The notes: a model not told the origin generated them from the sequence alone. A stretch of DNA of 64,000 nucleotides from Catajapyx aquilonaris (GCA_000934665.2 KZ538271.1:1-64000), one strand, 5' to 3'. Shown: positions 1-13,292, numbered from the stretch's first letter. Numbers and translations are program-made.

Positions 1-79
1 TTATTCAACGAATCACCTATAATTCCCTACTGCCGCATTACGGATCACCTTTAAAACAACTCTAAAGGGGATATTAAAG

Positions 80-470
80 GTGACCGGACTAAGAGTGCAG
101 GACGAGGCAGCTGGGGGGAATTGGGCCAAAGGGAAGGTTATTTCTCCAGCAGGTCCCAGATCCTACCTGGTGGAAGTTGCAGGAGGACAACAATGGAGAC
201 GACATGTGAACCACCTGCTCCAAAGATTGGGGAGGAAGGACGATGATACACCAGCAGTACGGGGTACATCGGATGTCCATCAAGGGCCTCCTGAAGAAGT
301 CCAGTGGGAGGACCCAGCAGTGCGAGTGCGAGCGGACCAGTTGCTACGATGACTGTAAGACAGTGGCAGAATCAGATGAGGCAGCAGAGGAGCCACACCC
401 TGGTCGTCCAGAGCTGCGCCGGAGTGGAAGGGTCACCAGACGACCACCACCCCTACAGGACTACGTCTAG
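80..470 (+). mobile_element. Gypsy/Ty3-type LTR retrotransposon remnant: degenerate, frameshifted pol C-terminus after the integrase core
   Basis: ORF 80..352 has W-x2-G-x-V...GPRSYLV...WRRHVNHL. Overlapping frame 243..470 ends LRRSGRVTRRPPPLQDYV*. Both are typical C-terminal motifs of Gypsy-like pol. A polypurine tract and LTR follow immediately. Confidence 0.75.
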
Positions 471-505
471 TCAAATTGTGGAAGATGGTTCCTGACTTTT
501 GTACT

Positions 506-688
506 GGGGGGAAGGAGTGTTGTGTCCTGTAATTATTGTAACCAGTTGCCAGACAACTGTGACTTGTTTGTCTTGCTGTAGGAACAGACCTTGAAGCTGG
601 TCTGTTCTCGAGCACCAGTCGTATTCTTGTAATACACCTGTTTTAGTTCATCACCTGAGTCCTTCTTACCAGCCGTCCATACACAACC
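506..688 (+). mobile_element. Polypurine tract (506-517) and 3' LTR (518-688) of the retrotransposon remnant
   Basis: GGGGGGAAGGAG directly abuts TGTTGTGT at 518. The inverted terminus ACACAAC(C) is at 681-688. Confidence 0.65.
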
Positions 689-1061
689 GCCCATATGTTG
701 TACCACTCTGCTTTGCATGGGAAAAACATTTTTAATCCTGTCAATTTTTTAAACTCGTGAGATTTACAGACATAAAAAATGTTGTCTTATTTCCACAGAG
801 AGAATTTAATGGCGTATAGCACCTGACGACGAGGACAAAAATAAGAGCGAGTGAGTTGTCATTTTAAAAAATAACTGTTAGATTTTTGTATAAAATGGGT
901 CCTTTGCAGGCACCTTTTCACTAGTTGCTACGGAGATTTGGATTGTTTGGAATGTCTTCGTGTGTGTTTGGAAGTGTGTGTGGTGTAGTTTAGAAGCAGA
1001 AGAGAGATTGATTGGGGTGCACGAGAGCTGCTTGTGTCTCACACTCAAGAGTACAAAGGTG

Positions 1062-2082
1062 ATGGAGGCTCGTGGATGGGACTACACCTCAATTGCTGAT
1101 AACGACTACAGGTACGGATGATGATTGCAAAGAAACCAATCAGAGTGCCAGAACCGGAAGTAGTGGTGCGCCAGTGATAATATTATAATATTATGATGAG
1201 TGTGTTTGTACATTTCTCAGATGGCAATTCCATACCAAGGTGAAAGAGGAAATCGGAGAAGATGATGCTCCTGTGGAAGAAGCAACTATGGTGATTAAGC
1301 AAGAGAGTAGGCTCTCACCAGTTCAAGAGCAAGATGACGACGAAGAAGATGAGTTGGACATTGGGGAAGTGGAGGTGAAGACTGAGGACGGAGAGGAAAT
1401 GTTGGTGGATGCTCCAAACATCACCGAAGGAGTTGAAGACCCACTTGGCACAGTGCCTGTTATGCATACACAGCCTTCTAGTAATCCTTTTGTGTGCATG
1501 TACAGCCACAGAAAACTTGGTGACTTGGAGAACCTGGAGTGTCACAAGAGAAAGCACGCTGGAGATACACCATTTAGTTGCATGATTTGTTACAGGAAAT
1601 TCCTCTGCAGCAGTGACATGACGAAGCATGCAGAGATTCACATTGGAGTGAAACCATCACAGGAGTGTCCACAATGTGGCAAATGTTTCCCTTGCCGCTC
1701 AGCCTTGGCGAGGCACTATAGAATTCACACTGGGGAGAGGCCATACCAATGTGAAGAGTGCGACAAGTCATTCGCGCAGAAGAGTCACCTAGTTAAACAC
1801 GTGAGGACCCACACTGACGGTGAGAGGCTATCATTCACATGTGAAATATGCCGCAAGTCATTTTCATCCCTCTCAAATTTGAGTGTGCACAGTGGAATTC
1901 ATACAAGGCCGTACAAATGTGGAGAATGCGACAAGGGGTTCGTACAAAAGCATAGGCTGGATATGCACGTGGAGACCCACGCTGGGAAGATACCCTACAA
2001 ATGTGGAATATGCAACCGGGCTTATTCATCCACCTCAAATGTTAATAAGCACATTCGCCGGAAACACCGTGGACTTCGCTGA
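1062..2082 (+). CDS. C2H2 (Kruppel-type) zinc-finger protein with acidic N-terminus; exons 1062-1111 and 1221-2082
   Basis: Six canonical CxxC...HxxxH fingers plus one degenerate finger, with a TGERP linker. The GT-AG intron 1112-1220 joins MEARGWDYTSIADNDY in frame to RWQFHTKVKEE. The start codon is inferred; further upstream exons are possible (acceptors at 798 and 909). Confidence 0.85.
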
Positions 2083-2311
2083 AGAATTAAGCTGAGACGT
2101 CATCCATAATGAAGGAAACTGTGGCGCACTATAGTGTTCGTCAAGTTAGATCGTGAGCATTCCATTTTGATCTTGTGTGTTAATCACTTCTTAAAAAAAA
2201 AAAGTATTACCCAAAAAGTGCGTCCTGATTCAATTATTGCCATGAGATCCTGATGGACAATAAAGATGACTGCTATGGTTGCAGCAAATGGTACTGCATT
2301 CATTGGTTATG

Positions 2312-2320
2312 TCATCATCG

Positions 2321-2372
<52 letters not shown>

Positions 2373-2373
2373 T
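2312..2373. repeat. (CAT)n microsatellite
   Basis: Direct trinucleotide run; explains the spurious poly-His/poly-Ile ORFs. Confidence 0.95.
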
Positions 2374-2406
2374 TGCTACCTTATTGTTATTACACGCGCA
2401 CTGCAC

Positions 2407-2780
2407 CAGGGAGCATATATGCTACGCATAAGAGGCGCAAACTTCTGTCGGCGCCTTTGATGTTCGCGTTTCTCTGTTTGGGGCCGTTGGCAAGGCTGGC
2501 GGCCATTTTGAAGTGTGGGGGAACGCCAACGAGGTATAAATAGGGTACAGGCAAAACTAGGGTCAGCCATCTTTGATGGTTTTGGCGGCCATGGCAACTA
2601 CACTGCAAGAACATGCGCGAATCAAAGATGGCGGACCCTATTTTTTTGCCTGTGCCCTATTTGCACCACGTTGGCGTTCCCCACACTTCAAAATGGCCGC
2701 CAGCCTTGGCAACGGCCCCAAACAGAGAGACGCGGAAATCGAATGTTTGCGCCTCTTATGTATAGTATACATGCTCCCTG
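2407..2780. mobile_element. MITE family A, copy 1 (CAGGGAGCA...TGCTCCCTG termini, 7-bp TSD ACTGCAC)
   Basis: Long imperfect terminal inverted repeats. ACTGCAC occurs at 2400-2406 and 2781-2787. Homologous copies lie at 57594 and 60519. Confidence 0.9.
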
Positions 2781-2878
2781 ACTGCACACTGTTTGAATCC
2801 GTGGTTTGAATCATGTTTGAATGATAAGCGCTACGATGTAACTGGCAACCATGTTAACATGTAGACCTTGCAATGAGC

Positions 2879-2911
<33 letters not shown>

Positions 2912-3568
2912 CGTCCATGTTGGCACAGTCAGTAGATAAGGCCTCCACAGAGATGATGGAGATGTTTGAGATGACGTCACATCAATCATCACAAGACCAC
3001 TGGTGGAGCTCGGTTGATCATTTTGGGTCCTCCTCCTCCTCGTCTGGCATCCTCAGCAGCTCCCCTTGGTTGAGGAGGACTGGAGCATGGTGGACCTTGG
3101 GACCAAACTAGGGACTTCCTGCTGGTAATCACCATGGCCACCTGATGGCCCGTAGAGAGTAGAAAAGGGGGGGGGAAGGGCTGCATGACCCCTGACCTTG
3201 TAGCCTTGCAATGCACAGGTCACCGCATGGTAAGCTAGCCGTTGTCATGTGCAACTGCCTCGTTGCGATGGGTGGTGTACGTTGACCGGGGCGGTTCATT
3301 TGCGATGAGAATTTGTTGATAAGAAAAGGACATGCCGAGTGATTAGCATGGTGCGCTCATTTCAATTGCACCTTGCCTGATATCATTGATTAAAAAAAAA
3401 TGCATAACGACCTTGTGTGGTGTTATCAAAGGGTATATGTATTTTTATTTATCATACTTTTGTCCCACAAAAGGCAGCGGGAGGGTTATACACAGGAGAT
3501 AATCACGTTGGCAGTGTAAAAACCTGACGTTGACATTTCCCCCCCTCCTAGAGCTGTGTGTTGCTGCG

Positions 3569-5685
3569 ATGGGTTCGAGCGAGCTCTCCAGGTGCCAGGA
3601 GTACCTGAGCTTCCGCAGCAGCGTCCCACTGAAGAAGGTGGCCGTGGACTCGGACCCTTCCAAGGTGTGGAAGCTGTACGACGCGGGGCCCAAGTCCATC
3701 CGCTCCCCGCTGGTCTGCATCCCTCCGGTGAGCGGGACGGCCGACGTCTTCTTCAAGCAGATGCTCGCCCTCAGCGCTAAGGGTTACAGGGTCGTCTCGG
3801 TAAGTTCCAGCTGGCCCTGCAGGTCAAAAGTCCTGCTTGATAAAATAATAATAATAAATAAGCGATTACGGGTCAAGAGGATTTGAAATTTGCATGGGGC
3901 CTGTCAGAGGAAGCCTGCCGCATTTGCCTGCCGAGTAACGAGAAGGATTTAAAGATTCGCATAATCCGCTTGACGCCAGGTGCATACAATTCATCGGCAA
4001 TTCGGTGGCATGGTAAGCTGCCATGAAAAATCGTTGACATGAAAAATCGTTGACATGAAAAATTGTTGACATGAAAAGTTACCATGGTAAGCTGTTGCCA
4101 TGTAACATACTTATTGCTATAGTATAGTAAATAATTGTCATTAAAAGTTGCCATGTATACCTCATTGCCATGGTAAGTAGTTGCCATGGTAAGCTGTTGG
4201 CATGTAACTTAATGGCTGTAGTAAGTCATTGCCATGGTAAGTTGCCATGTATACCTCATTGCCGTGGTAAGTAGTTGCCATGGTAAGTTGCCATGTATAC
4301 CTCATTGCCATGGTAAGTAGTTGCCATGGTAAGCTGTTGGCGTGTGACTTAATTGCCGTGGTAAGTAGTTGCCATGGTAAGTTGCCATGTATACCTTATT
4401 GCCATGGTAAGTAGTTGCCATGGTAAGCTGTTGGCGTGTGACTTAATTGCTCTAGTAAGTCATTGCCATGTAACTGCAATGGTAAGATTTTGCCATGAAA
4501 AAATTGTTGCCATGAAAAGTTGTTGCCATGTAACTTGATGTAGTAGTCATTGTCATGAAAAGTTGCCATGGTAAGCTGTTACCATGTGACTCCGCAATGG
4601 TAAGCTGTTGCCATGAAAAGTCGTTGCCGTGCAACTTGTTGCAGTGGTCAGGTGTTGCTACGGAACTCTTGGCCCCCAGCAGGTTGTTGCAATTCAAGTG
4701 TGCAACTCGTAGGCATGTAACTTGTTGCCATGGACAAACTGTCCCTTAACTTGTCTTCACCATGGTAAGTCTTTGCCATGGCAGGTGGTTGCAATGATCT
4801 GCTGTTAGCGTGTTGTAGCGCTTTGCAATGGTATGGTTCACGTAACAAATAGTTTCTCTGCGCCATTAGGTGGAGCATCCCGTGTACTGGACGGTGTTGG
4901 AGTGGTGCGAGGGCTTCCGGAAGCTCCTGGACTTCCTGGCGTTGGACGAGGTGCACCTGATGGGGACGTCCCTGGGAGGCTTCCTGGCGCAGAAGTTCGC
5001 AGAGCACACCCACCAGTGCCCTCGTGTGGCCTCGCTGGTCCTCTGCAACACCTTCACGGACACCTCCGTCTTCAACTACAGCGAGTCTGCTTCCGTGTAC
5101 GCACTCTCTTTATTTCAAAAGTGGTGTCGAAACCTAATGTGAACTACGCCTGCAGATTCTGGATGCTGCCGTCGCTGGTGCTCAAGAAGATGGTGATGGG
5201 GAACTTCCCGACGTGCAAGGTCGACCCGGACATTGCAGATTCGATCGACTTCATGGTGGAGCGGGTATGTACTTGCACACATACGTACACATGAGCGTAA
5301 CAAGTCTCCCGCATTCAGCTGGAGAGCCTGGCGCAAGCTGAGCTGGCTTCCCGATTGACCCTGAACTGCGTCAACTGCTACGTGGAGCCGCACAAACTGC
5401 GAGACAAGCGAGTGACCGTCCTGGATGTGTTCGACGAGTACGCGCTTTCAACGCAGGTGCGAGAGGAGATCTACAAGTGCTACCCGGAAGCCAAACTGGC
5501 ACACCTCAAATCCGGCGGGAACTTTCCATACCTCAGCCGATCAGACGAGGTCAACTTGCACCTACAGGTCGGCACATCTTGCACAAGTTTAATTTCAATT
5601 GTGCGTTACAAAACCGCAATTATTTCAGATCCACTTGCGTCCGTTCGAAGGAACACGCCAGAGCAGCCGAGAAACAAGTCCGTGA
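3569..5685 (+). CDS. SPG21: Maspardin (alpha/beta-hydrolase fold); exons 3569-3799, 4870-5096, 5156-5264, 5319-5567, 5629-5685
   Basis: The spliced translation has [67 protein letters not shown] and IHL, collinear with human maspardin as recalled. All introns are GT-AG and phase-consistent. Confidence 0.95.
4010..4790. repeat. Degenerate minisatellite (GGTAAG..TTGCCATG units) in maspardin intron 1
   Basis: Dozens of TTGCCATG/GGTAAG motifs, with higher-order repeats at 4150-4450. Confidence 0.85.
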
Positions 5686-5863
5686 CCGCAAAACTGTCGT
5701 TGTGTTATACGTGATTACAAAAAGACTTTATATACGGGGCTGTGACACATCTGAAAAAGTGCATACAGGTTTAATTATGTTGTGAATTTCCTTCCTTTTT
5801 TTCAACCGCTTTAATTGTACGGGTCCGCAAAAATATAATGATGGAAACTTTCATTTTGGGGGC

Positions 5864-7471
5864 TCATTTGGGCTTCTCCGCACTTTCCGCGGACGTCGCT
5901 TTCTGCTGAGCCAGTTTCATCTCTTCCTCGTCGCTGTACAGCTCCTCCCATATGGTACCTTCAGCTGTTGTGGATTCACCCGGGGGCAGCTGCTCTCGGG
6001 ATACTGCCCCCGACCCCGGTTGGTTCGCCAGCGATTTGTAGATCGTCATCGCCTGAAACGTCAACAATATAACACATGCGGACACAGGATAGCGACGAAC
6101 AAACCTGCGTGACCATTCCGCTAACATCGGCTGGATTTGACGGCAGGATCACCGTGTTTGACGTCTTCGCTAGATGCTGGAAGGCCGTTACGTACTGCTC
6201 GGCAACAACTAGCGAACCGGCGTTCATTCCGGACTGAAACAACAACTGTTATGATCGCCACATTTTAATGCACATGCAACAGTACCTGCTGCGAAAGAGC
6301 GCCGGCGATCATATCAAGACTGGTTGCTCTTGCTTCGGCTTTCGCAACAAGCGCTTGAGCTTCACCGCTTGCAATGTTAATCTTCTCCTGCTTGTCCGCC
6401 TCTGCAATTTAATTTGTTGTAATTATTTGTGTCGTGTACTGCGAATTGTACCGACCTGACGAGAGGATTCTGGCTCGTTTCTTTCCCTCCGCAACGTTGA
6501 TGTCGGCTTCCCGCACACCCTCGGACTCCAGGATGGCCGCCCGCTTCTTACGCTCCGCCTCGACCTGCATCTGCATCGCCTCTTGTACCCTCGGAGGAAG
6601 CTTAATATCCCCTGGAAAATATGCGATGAGTATGGTACGCAACGTTCAACCGCATACGTACTGATTTCATATCGCAGACAGGTGATACCCCATGCCTCGC
6701 TAGCCTTGTTTATCGCCTCGACTATTGCGACGTTGAGCGACTCACGTTCGCGGAAGACCTTATCCAGCGAGATCTTCCCCAGTTCGGACCTACAATTCGG
6801 CACATTAATTACGGACTCATAATTACAGGCGTAATACAGACCGCATTGTTGTTTGTGCCAGCTGCGTTATTGCGAACTCCGGATCCTCCACACCGTAGCT
6901 AGCCTTGTACGGATCGAGCACCCGTAGGTACAGCACGCCGTCGATGTTCAGGTTGACGTTATCAGCCGTTATCGCCGACTGCTTCGGTATGTCGATTGCC
7001 ATCTCCTTAAGTATCTGCACGTACTTCACCCGGTCGACTATGGGCACCAGTATGTTCAATCCGGGCTGCAAGATGCGCCTGAACTTGCCCATCCGCTCAA
7101 CGACCCAAGCCTGAGCAAATTTAAAAAAAAAAGCCAATTACACCTGTACGACCCAAATCGCAATCGGGGGTACAAGCAACGGTACCTCCTGCTGCGGCAC
7201 GAACATTATCACTGTGTTCATAGGCGTGCTGGACTTCCACCGTATGACCTCCCTGAGTACCAGCTCCTGCTGTACCTGCAATTAATTAACACCATTAATT
7301 AAATGACTGTTGGCAACACTGTAAAAAGTGGACCGGTTCTAGAACGGGTCCGGTTTCGACCCTTCCCGTGTGAACGCGGTTTTTTTTTATATATATAGAG
7401 TTTGAAGAGGCTGATCTACTGACCTTTGTTCTGATGACCCTAGATGCTGTGCTGCCTAGTGATGACCACAT
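5864..7471 (-). CDS. STOML2: Stomatin-like protein 2 (mitochondrial SPFH/band-7); exons 7471-7424, 7275-7186, 7110-6842, 6789-6662, 6611-6456, 6401-6286, 6233-6105, 6052-5864
   Basis: Spliced protein has FVPQQEAWVVERMGKF, ASYGVEDPEFAITQLAQTTMRSELGKISLDKVFRERESLN, AWGITCLRYEIRDIKLP, MQMQVEAERKKRAAILESEG and VAEQYVTAF. The N-terminus is S/R-rich like a mitochondrial presequence. All junctions are GT-AG and in phase; exon 1 is the least certain. Confidence 0.93.
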
Positions 7472-7928
7472 TTTGAGGTCAAGTTGGGTCAGACAAGTGA
7501 TGGCTCATGTGGCGATTGTCGGGTAGCAATGCTGCTCGATACTATCAAGTCGATACCAAAATAGTTGGCATTGTTGTGATATCATATTCGAATCAACCCA
7601 CGGCAATAACTTTTTTTTAAAAAATAATATTAAATAATAATTACGTAATTATGACCATGTTGTTTAGCAAACATTTATTTTTAGAACAGCGATTGGAATG
7701 TACCTATAAGTCGGTTATCATCAGCAGCGATTGGAACGTACTTTTAGTTCGAATCCAATATGGCGGCCATTTCGAATAATTTTTGTGTGGTAAAGTCGTG
7801 TTTATTCGGCAATTACTGGACATGTACGGTCTATTGTTGTATCTGAGGAGGGCTTATCTCGTTGGGAAGCTGTAAGAGTAGCAGGAAAGGCGTTTTCACT
7901 GTCATGAAATGTAATTATTGCGCGGCTA

Positions 7929-8200
7929 GGGGGAGGCGGATGAGTGGCACTGCGGTAACTTATGCGCCCACGGTCCCGGGTTCGATCCCAGCCCGGGGAC
8001 ACCCCCTTTATCTCGTGCAGATGAGTTCGGGGTCATCTCTGGCTTCGTCTCGGGTGGTATTTCCAATAGACTAAACCACCCGGGGGAGTTCACTATATAA
8101 AAATGGCCACATTAAGACATTGCACTTGCACCTTGCACATCCCCTCCTGTCATCCTGCCCGTGGGCCCGGGCTTTCGTTAAATAGGCACCATGTACTTAA
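7929..8200 (+). mobile_element. Probable tRNA-derived SINE
   Basis: GC-rich island in AT-rich DNA with a Pol III B-box GGTTCGATCC (7979-7988) in a T-arm-like context. Boundaries are approximate and no TSD was established. Confidence 0.4.
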
Positions 8201-8270
8201 CAACTTAAAATACAATAAAGGTCCATGCTATATGTATATACCCCGGAAGGGGTGAAAGCATTACCCACAA

Positions 8271-8351
<81 letters not shown>
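8271..8351. repeat. (ATT)n microsatellite
   Basis: Direct run. Confidence 0.95.
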
Positions 8352-9401
8352 GTGTGGCTGTGCCATGTATTGTTTTATTTTATTTTTTAAAATAATTAAA
8401 CTCATGATAAGGAGTATTTCGGAGTATTTAGAGCATTATTACTAGGTGGTTTTTCTTGATCCAGATTCTCATGTACTATAAAATGTGGGTTTAATTATTA
8501 TACTTTTGGTTCTCACTTACAGTAATGTTCAGTAATTCAGCAATATTCAGCAATGGATGAGGGTGGTGCATACTTATTGGGGATAAGAAGGCTACTGCTG
8601 AATTTTCAAGCCAGATATGGAGGTAGAGGGCCAAAGTTGCATTTCCTACTCTCACCACAAAAAGTGCTGTGAAGTCACACCAGATGGCTCAGGGATTCGT
8701 CTCGCAGTACCTACCGTAATAATGAGTCCTCGACATTTTTTGCAAACAATGTAAGTACTATGTACTAACACTTGAACTAATACAGGATGTGTAATATGGC
8801 ATGTAAACTGGGCAAAACAAACAAACTTTCCTTTTTATAATAATACAGATGTGATATGTGGTACTACCAGCCTATGTGAATTATTAGGAATTTAATTAGT
8901 GCAATTATGGCGCCACTTTTAGAGGGATGATTACGTGGGACTATTTTTGGTGTTTGCCCGCGAGTCATCATCATGACGTGTACAATTGTTATTAATGCCT
9001 TCTGGTTGTATGTGAAGGCGATCAGTCATTGGCCAATATTTTCTCGGATGAGCTCGGATGTTTGATTTGAATTAAATTGTACAGCATGTATAGAGAGAGG
9101 GTATTGGATCAAATCGATTTTTTAATTTATTTCAGAGTTCAAAAGCCTCAATTGAAATTTGCATTAAATTCTAATCACATCATATTTAACATTTTTGAAC
9201 CCTCCACAAATCTGTGTGTTTTATTGCTTGACTATTTTTTTTAAATGCATATACTGATGAGGTTCTCCCAATGCTTTTAACATTGAAGATCATGGGTTAT
9301 TCCCAATAAGACTTTGATTCACCCTGTGACTTATTCGACACTGGTGTGCCAAGATGCCCCTTTAACAATCCTTCTGATTGGTCCAACCCAGCTCAATCGA
9401 T

Positions 9402-9405
<4 letters not shown>

Positions 9406-9473
<68 letters not shown>

Positions 9474-9479
9474 CGAGAG
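9406..9479. repeat. (GA)n microsatellite
   Basis: Direct run. Confidence 0.95.
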
Positions 9480-9992
9480 CTCAAAATCTTCTCCTTCCTT
9501 CGGATCAAAAGTGTGTGTGTGTATGTAGTTTGAAAAAGTAGGTCTTCTATGGCGTCACTCCCTTCTACAGTATATATCTGGGGGGGTTTTTGGAAAGGAA
9601 GAGAGGGTGTGTGTGTGTGTGTGGGAGGGAGGGGGATGTTCCTCCCCCTCCCTCGTCTGTATAGAGCTGTGTAGATGGGTAGCCATGGCAACAGTGAATG
9701 GAGTTCCCCTCCACCCCTGGTTCGCCCCCGCAATGCAGCTTTATGAATGAAATCGCTCCTGTGCTGCTTCCTCCATACCACCAACCATGGGGGGGTTTAA
9801 ACTGCAGAAGAGAGATTGGCTCAAAAAATGCACACATTGAATTTCACTCTAACACCTAAAATGTCTGTATTTAATGCCTGTCCTGTGATGGATTTTTTAA
9901 AAAAATAAATTATTGTGGGAGGAAACACAGGAGAACCCCGAGAGAACCCACGCGAAAACAGAGAGAACTCCATCGAAATAACTATAGCCACA

Positions 9993-10326
9993 CTAGCTGC
10001 GGCACCTGGCGTTGCCCGGGAAGAAAGGAATGAAGGGAAAACACCTGCCAGTACCCCCGTCAACTGTCTGTCTTTCTGTGTGTCTACCTTATGTGTGTCC
10101 GGCCACCAATGCCATCTGTGGTCCTGCTACTCCAACACCTTCAACCTCTCCCGCCTGTATAACGGCAACCGTCATTTGCCTGCCATCTGTAGTCAACCCC
10201 CAACACTTCCATCCTCTCCCGGCCTGGGAGTGGAGCACAGATGGCAGGCAGATGACGGTTGACAGGCGGACAGACAGACAGACAGAGACAGACAGACAGA
10301 CTCACAAACCGCTTTATTTATATAGA
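9993..10326 (-). mobile_element. Non-autonomous Helitron
   Basis: The minus strand starts A|TCTATATAAATAAAG followed by (CTGT)n. It ends CCCGGGCAACGCCAGG...GCAGCTAG|T. This gives 5'-TC, a 3' hairpin plus CTAG, and an A/T insertion site without TSD. Confidence 0.75.
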
Positions 10327-10439
10327 TAGAAGATAGATAAGCATCCTACGTTCGATTCGGGGATCGAATATCTCAGAGGCTGTGGCGATAACCACTCTAT
10401 GCCACCATCTAAAATATTTGAGATTTAAAAAAAATATAT

Positions 10440-11770
10440 ACAGTATATAGAAATTCGGCAATACTAGCCACAAAAAATTATTATATGACAATAACAGTTA
10501 TACGTCTTAGCAGTTGAAAATGACGGTTAAATAGTTTAGAAGTATGGCTGTAGCAGTTACACGTTTTCATTGTGGCAGTAACAGTCATGCGGTTTAGGAG
10601 TTGAAAATAACAGCTATAAATATCTCGGGAATTTGAAATAACAGTTGAAAAATTTTATTATGTGAAAATAACAGCTATACATTTATGTGAGAGTAACAGT
10701 TATGGTATACATTTTGACACGTTTTATATATTTAACAGCTGAAAACAATATTTATATATTTAACAGTTGAAAATAACAGCTACAAATTTGAGAAGTGTGA
10801 CAATAACATTTACACATTTTCACTCTCAGAGTAACAGTTACACTGTTTATAAGTTAAAAACAACATCTGTAAATAGGTCATGAATTTGGCTGTAACAGTT
10901 ACACATTTTAACTGCTGAAAATAACAGCTGCGACCGCGAAGCAGTTTGGAGGAGGGGATATGGTGTCCGACTGCTAATCGGGAGGTCCTGGGATCGAATC
11001 CCGGGGCCGGGAACTCTGACCGTGGTTTTCTGTGGTTTCCCACGGTCCTTCCAGGAAAATTCCGGAGTTGCTTCCGTAATTAATAGGCCACAGCCGCTTC
11101 CTTCCGTCCCTATTCCATCCCAAAAAGCACAGTAAAAATGAAAAAGCAAAGAGTTCCAGGCAAAATCAAACTCCCCCCCCCCCCTATAAAGAGCCGATGG
11201 CTGATAAAATAATTAACAGCTGCGAATTTTAGTAATGCGGTAATAACATTTACACATTTACACTATGAGAAGCAAACAGTTATTCGTTTTAGAAGTTAAA
11301 AGTAACAGCTATAAAAGGTCAGACATTTGGCTATAACAGTTACACATTTAATGACAATAACAATTATAGGTTTTTGAGGTTGAAAATAACTAAATATTTT
11401 ATTAATTTGGCATGAACAGTTATGAAATATTAGTATTTGGCAGTAACAGTTATGCAATATTAGCATATTGCAATAACTGTTACGAAATATTGGTATATAT
11501 TACAACAGTTTTACGCTTGAGAAGTGGAAAATAACAGCTATAAATGGTTTTAGAAATTCGGCAATAACAGCTACACATTCTAACAGTAGCCTATGACAAT
11601 AACAGTTGCACTTTTTTATTAGAAATTGAAAGTAACAGTGTGGTATAATTGTAAGAACCTTTATTTAAATGCATACATTACAATGTCCTTGCTCTGCTGC
11701 AGCGCCCTGGTCCATTGAAAATAACAGTTGTAAATATTGTATAAATTTCGCAATAAGACAGTTACAGATC
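10440..11770. repeat. Degenerate AT-rich tandem repeat (AATAACAGTT/TAACAGCT units), interrupted by a SINE
   Basis: The motif recurs every ~25-35 bp across the interval. Confidence 0.7.
10934..11213 (+). mobile_element. tRNA-derived SINE with candidate 12-bp TSD
   Basis: Anticodon-like stem-loop CCGA-CTGCTAA-TCGG and T-arm/B-box CTGGGATCGAATCCCGG. The body GTTTTCTGTGGTTTCCC...GGCCACAGCCGCTTCCTTCC resembles arthropod SINE bodies (recalled). TAACAGCTGCGA lies at 10922-10933 and 11214-11225. Confidence 0.75.
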
Positions 11771-12637
11771 GAGATTTTTTTTTAGTCCGAACTGGCTAAT
11801 AACAGGCTGAGAAAAGTAATTTAATCAAGAGTGTCGAAGCCATTCTATGAATACTTCAGTTGGTGTGCGATTGGTGTAGCTTTGGTTGAGCATGATTAGG
11901 GCATGACGAAAACCCGGACAAGGTTGGGACCTGTGCTGACGAGGGGAACATTCCAGAAGAGAGAGCCTCAGCTTGGCTACGCCGCAGTGTCGACGCTGTT
12001 GCCAAATCTGCTCTACGTCGATCCTTCCCATTTCATTGGACACTCCCATACACTGGGAGCTGACCTCTGTCCTGACGCACTGGACATCCATGGGACATCC
12101 CAGGATGGCATTCTGTGGGTCCAATCTGACCACTTCGTCCCCCAGACCCCAAAACTACCCATCCAGATTTGGCAATGTGGGGTTGGCAGCTGGGCCAGAG
12201 TTCAATTTTCTGGAGGCTCTCCCCACCCATTGATTTCCTGCAGGGATCGACGCAGTCGTGGATTGNNNNNNNNCCCCCCTCTGCACACTCTACTTTTTTT
12301 TGGAGGGCTCAAAACCAGGACCTACCGGTTTTCCATATCATAATTATGACACACACATCATTTAGACATAATATCCAGTGAGAGCCCATTGTTTCATATT
12401 TTTTTCTGAAAAATATTCCCCCATCATAAGCGAACCGGACTGTTTCTAATAATTGCTTTCGATCGCGTGTCGCAAATTCCATCATGGCGTCATCGCTTCA
12501 CTTACACCATGTCATTTGTTATGGGGAGGTTGCCTATGGAACACTGGTTACATTCAATTGCACGCTCATATGGAGGCCTATACTGGGGGTTAAGGATTTT
12601 CACACCTGGAAATATGGTTCTCTGTTCATTCCGCCAC

Positions 12638-12638
<1 letters not shown>

Positions 12639-12713
<75 letters not shown>
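12639..12713. repeat. (AAT)n microsatellite
   Basis: Direct run. Confidence 0.95.
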
Positions 12714-13292
12714 CCCTCTATAATATCACAATCCTTCGTTGCATGGCCGAGGCTTCTGGTTGGCCACCGTTCTGCGCATGCGTAATGGGAGGAGTCAGCG
12801 CCTCTGGTGGATGGTGGATGTTTCTAACATCAGTGGTATTCGCTAAGCCTGAATGATTTAAAAAAATATTATTATGTCGGATGTGATAAGGGCAAATAGA
12901 TGCTGAATTAAATGTGAAGCTGTTACGATTACCTGGAAATGTTATTACGGACGAGTTAACAGTGAAAACTTCGGTTTCGATTTGAAGTTGTGATGCAGGA
13001 ATTTTCGCGGAATTTTGCTAGGATTTTTTATTGGCTGAAAGTTTTTAATAATTTGCAAGCAGACGGATGAGATAGTGGAAAATACCAGGAAATGTTTTTT
13101 TTCTTCCAATAGGTGTGGTTGGTTTAATTGCATTTTTTAAATGAATCATACATTCCGGGTAATGATGATGATCATATCTTTCGAGTGTATTTATGATCAG
13201 CATAATATTGCTAATCACCCACACAATTTAAGTCATATATTTATTTATCATTAAACCTTCGCAAATTCTAATTTGAAGCATATCATCAGCTT

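Noticed and set aside
2253..2809. Poly-His/poly-Ile ORFs and overlapping ORFs
   Set aside because: Products of the (CAT)n microsatellite and MITE family A.
11825..12343. GC-balanced island with several ORFs next to an N gap
   Set aside because: Possibly a decayed retroelement fragment, but I recognise no motif in any frame.
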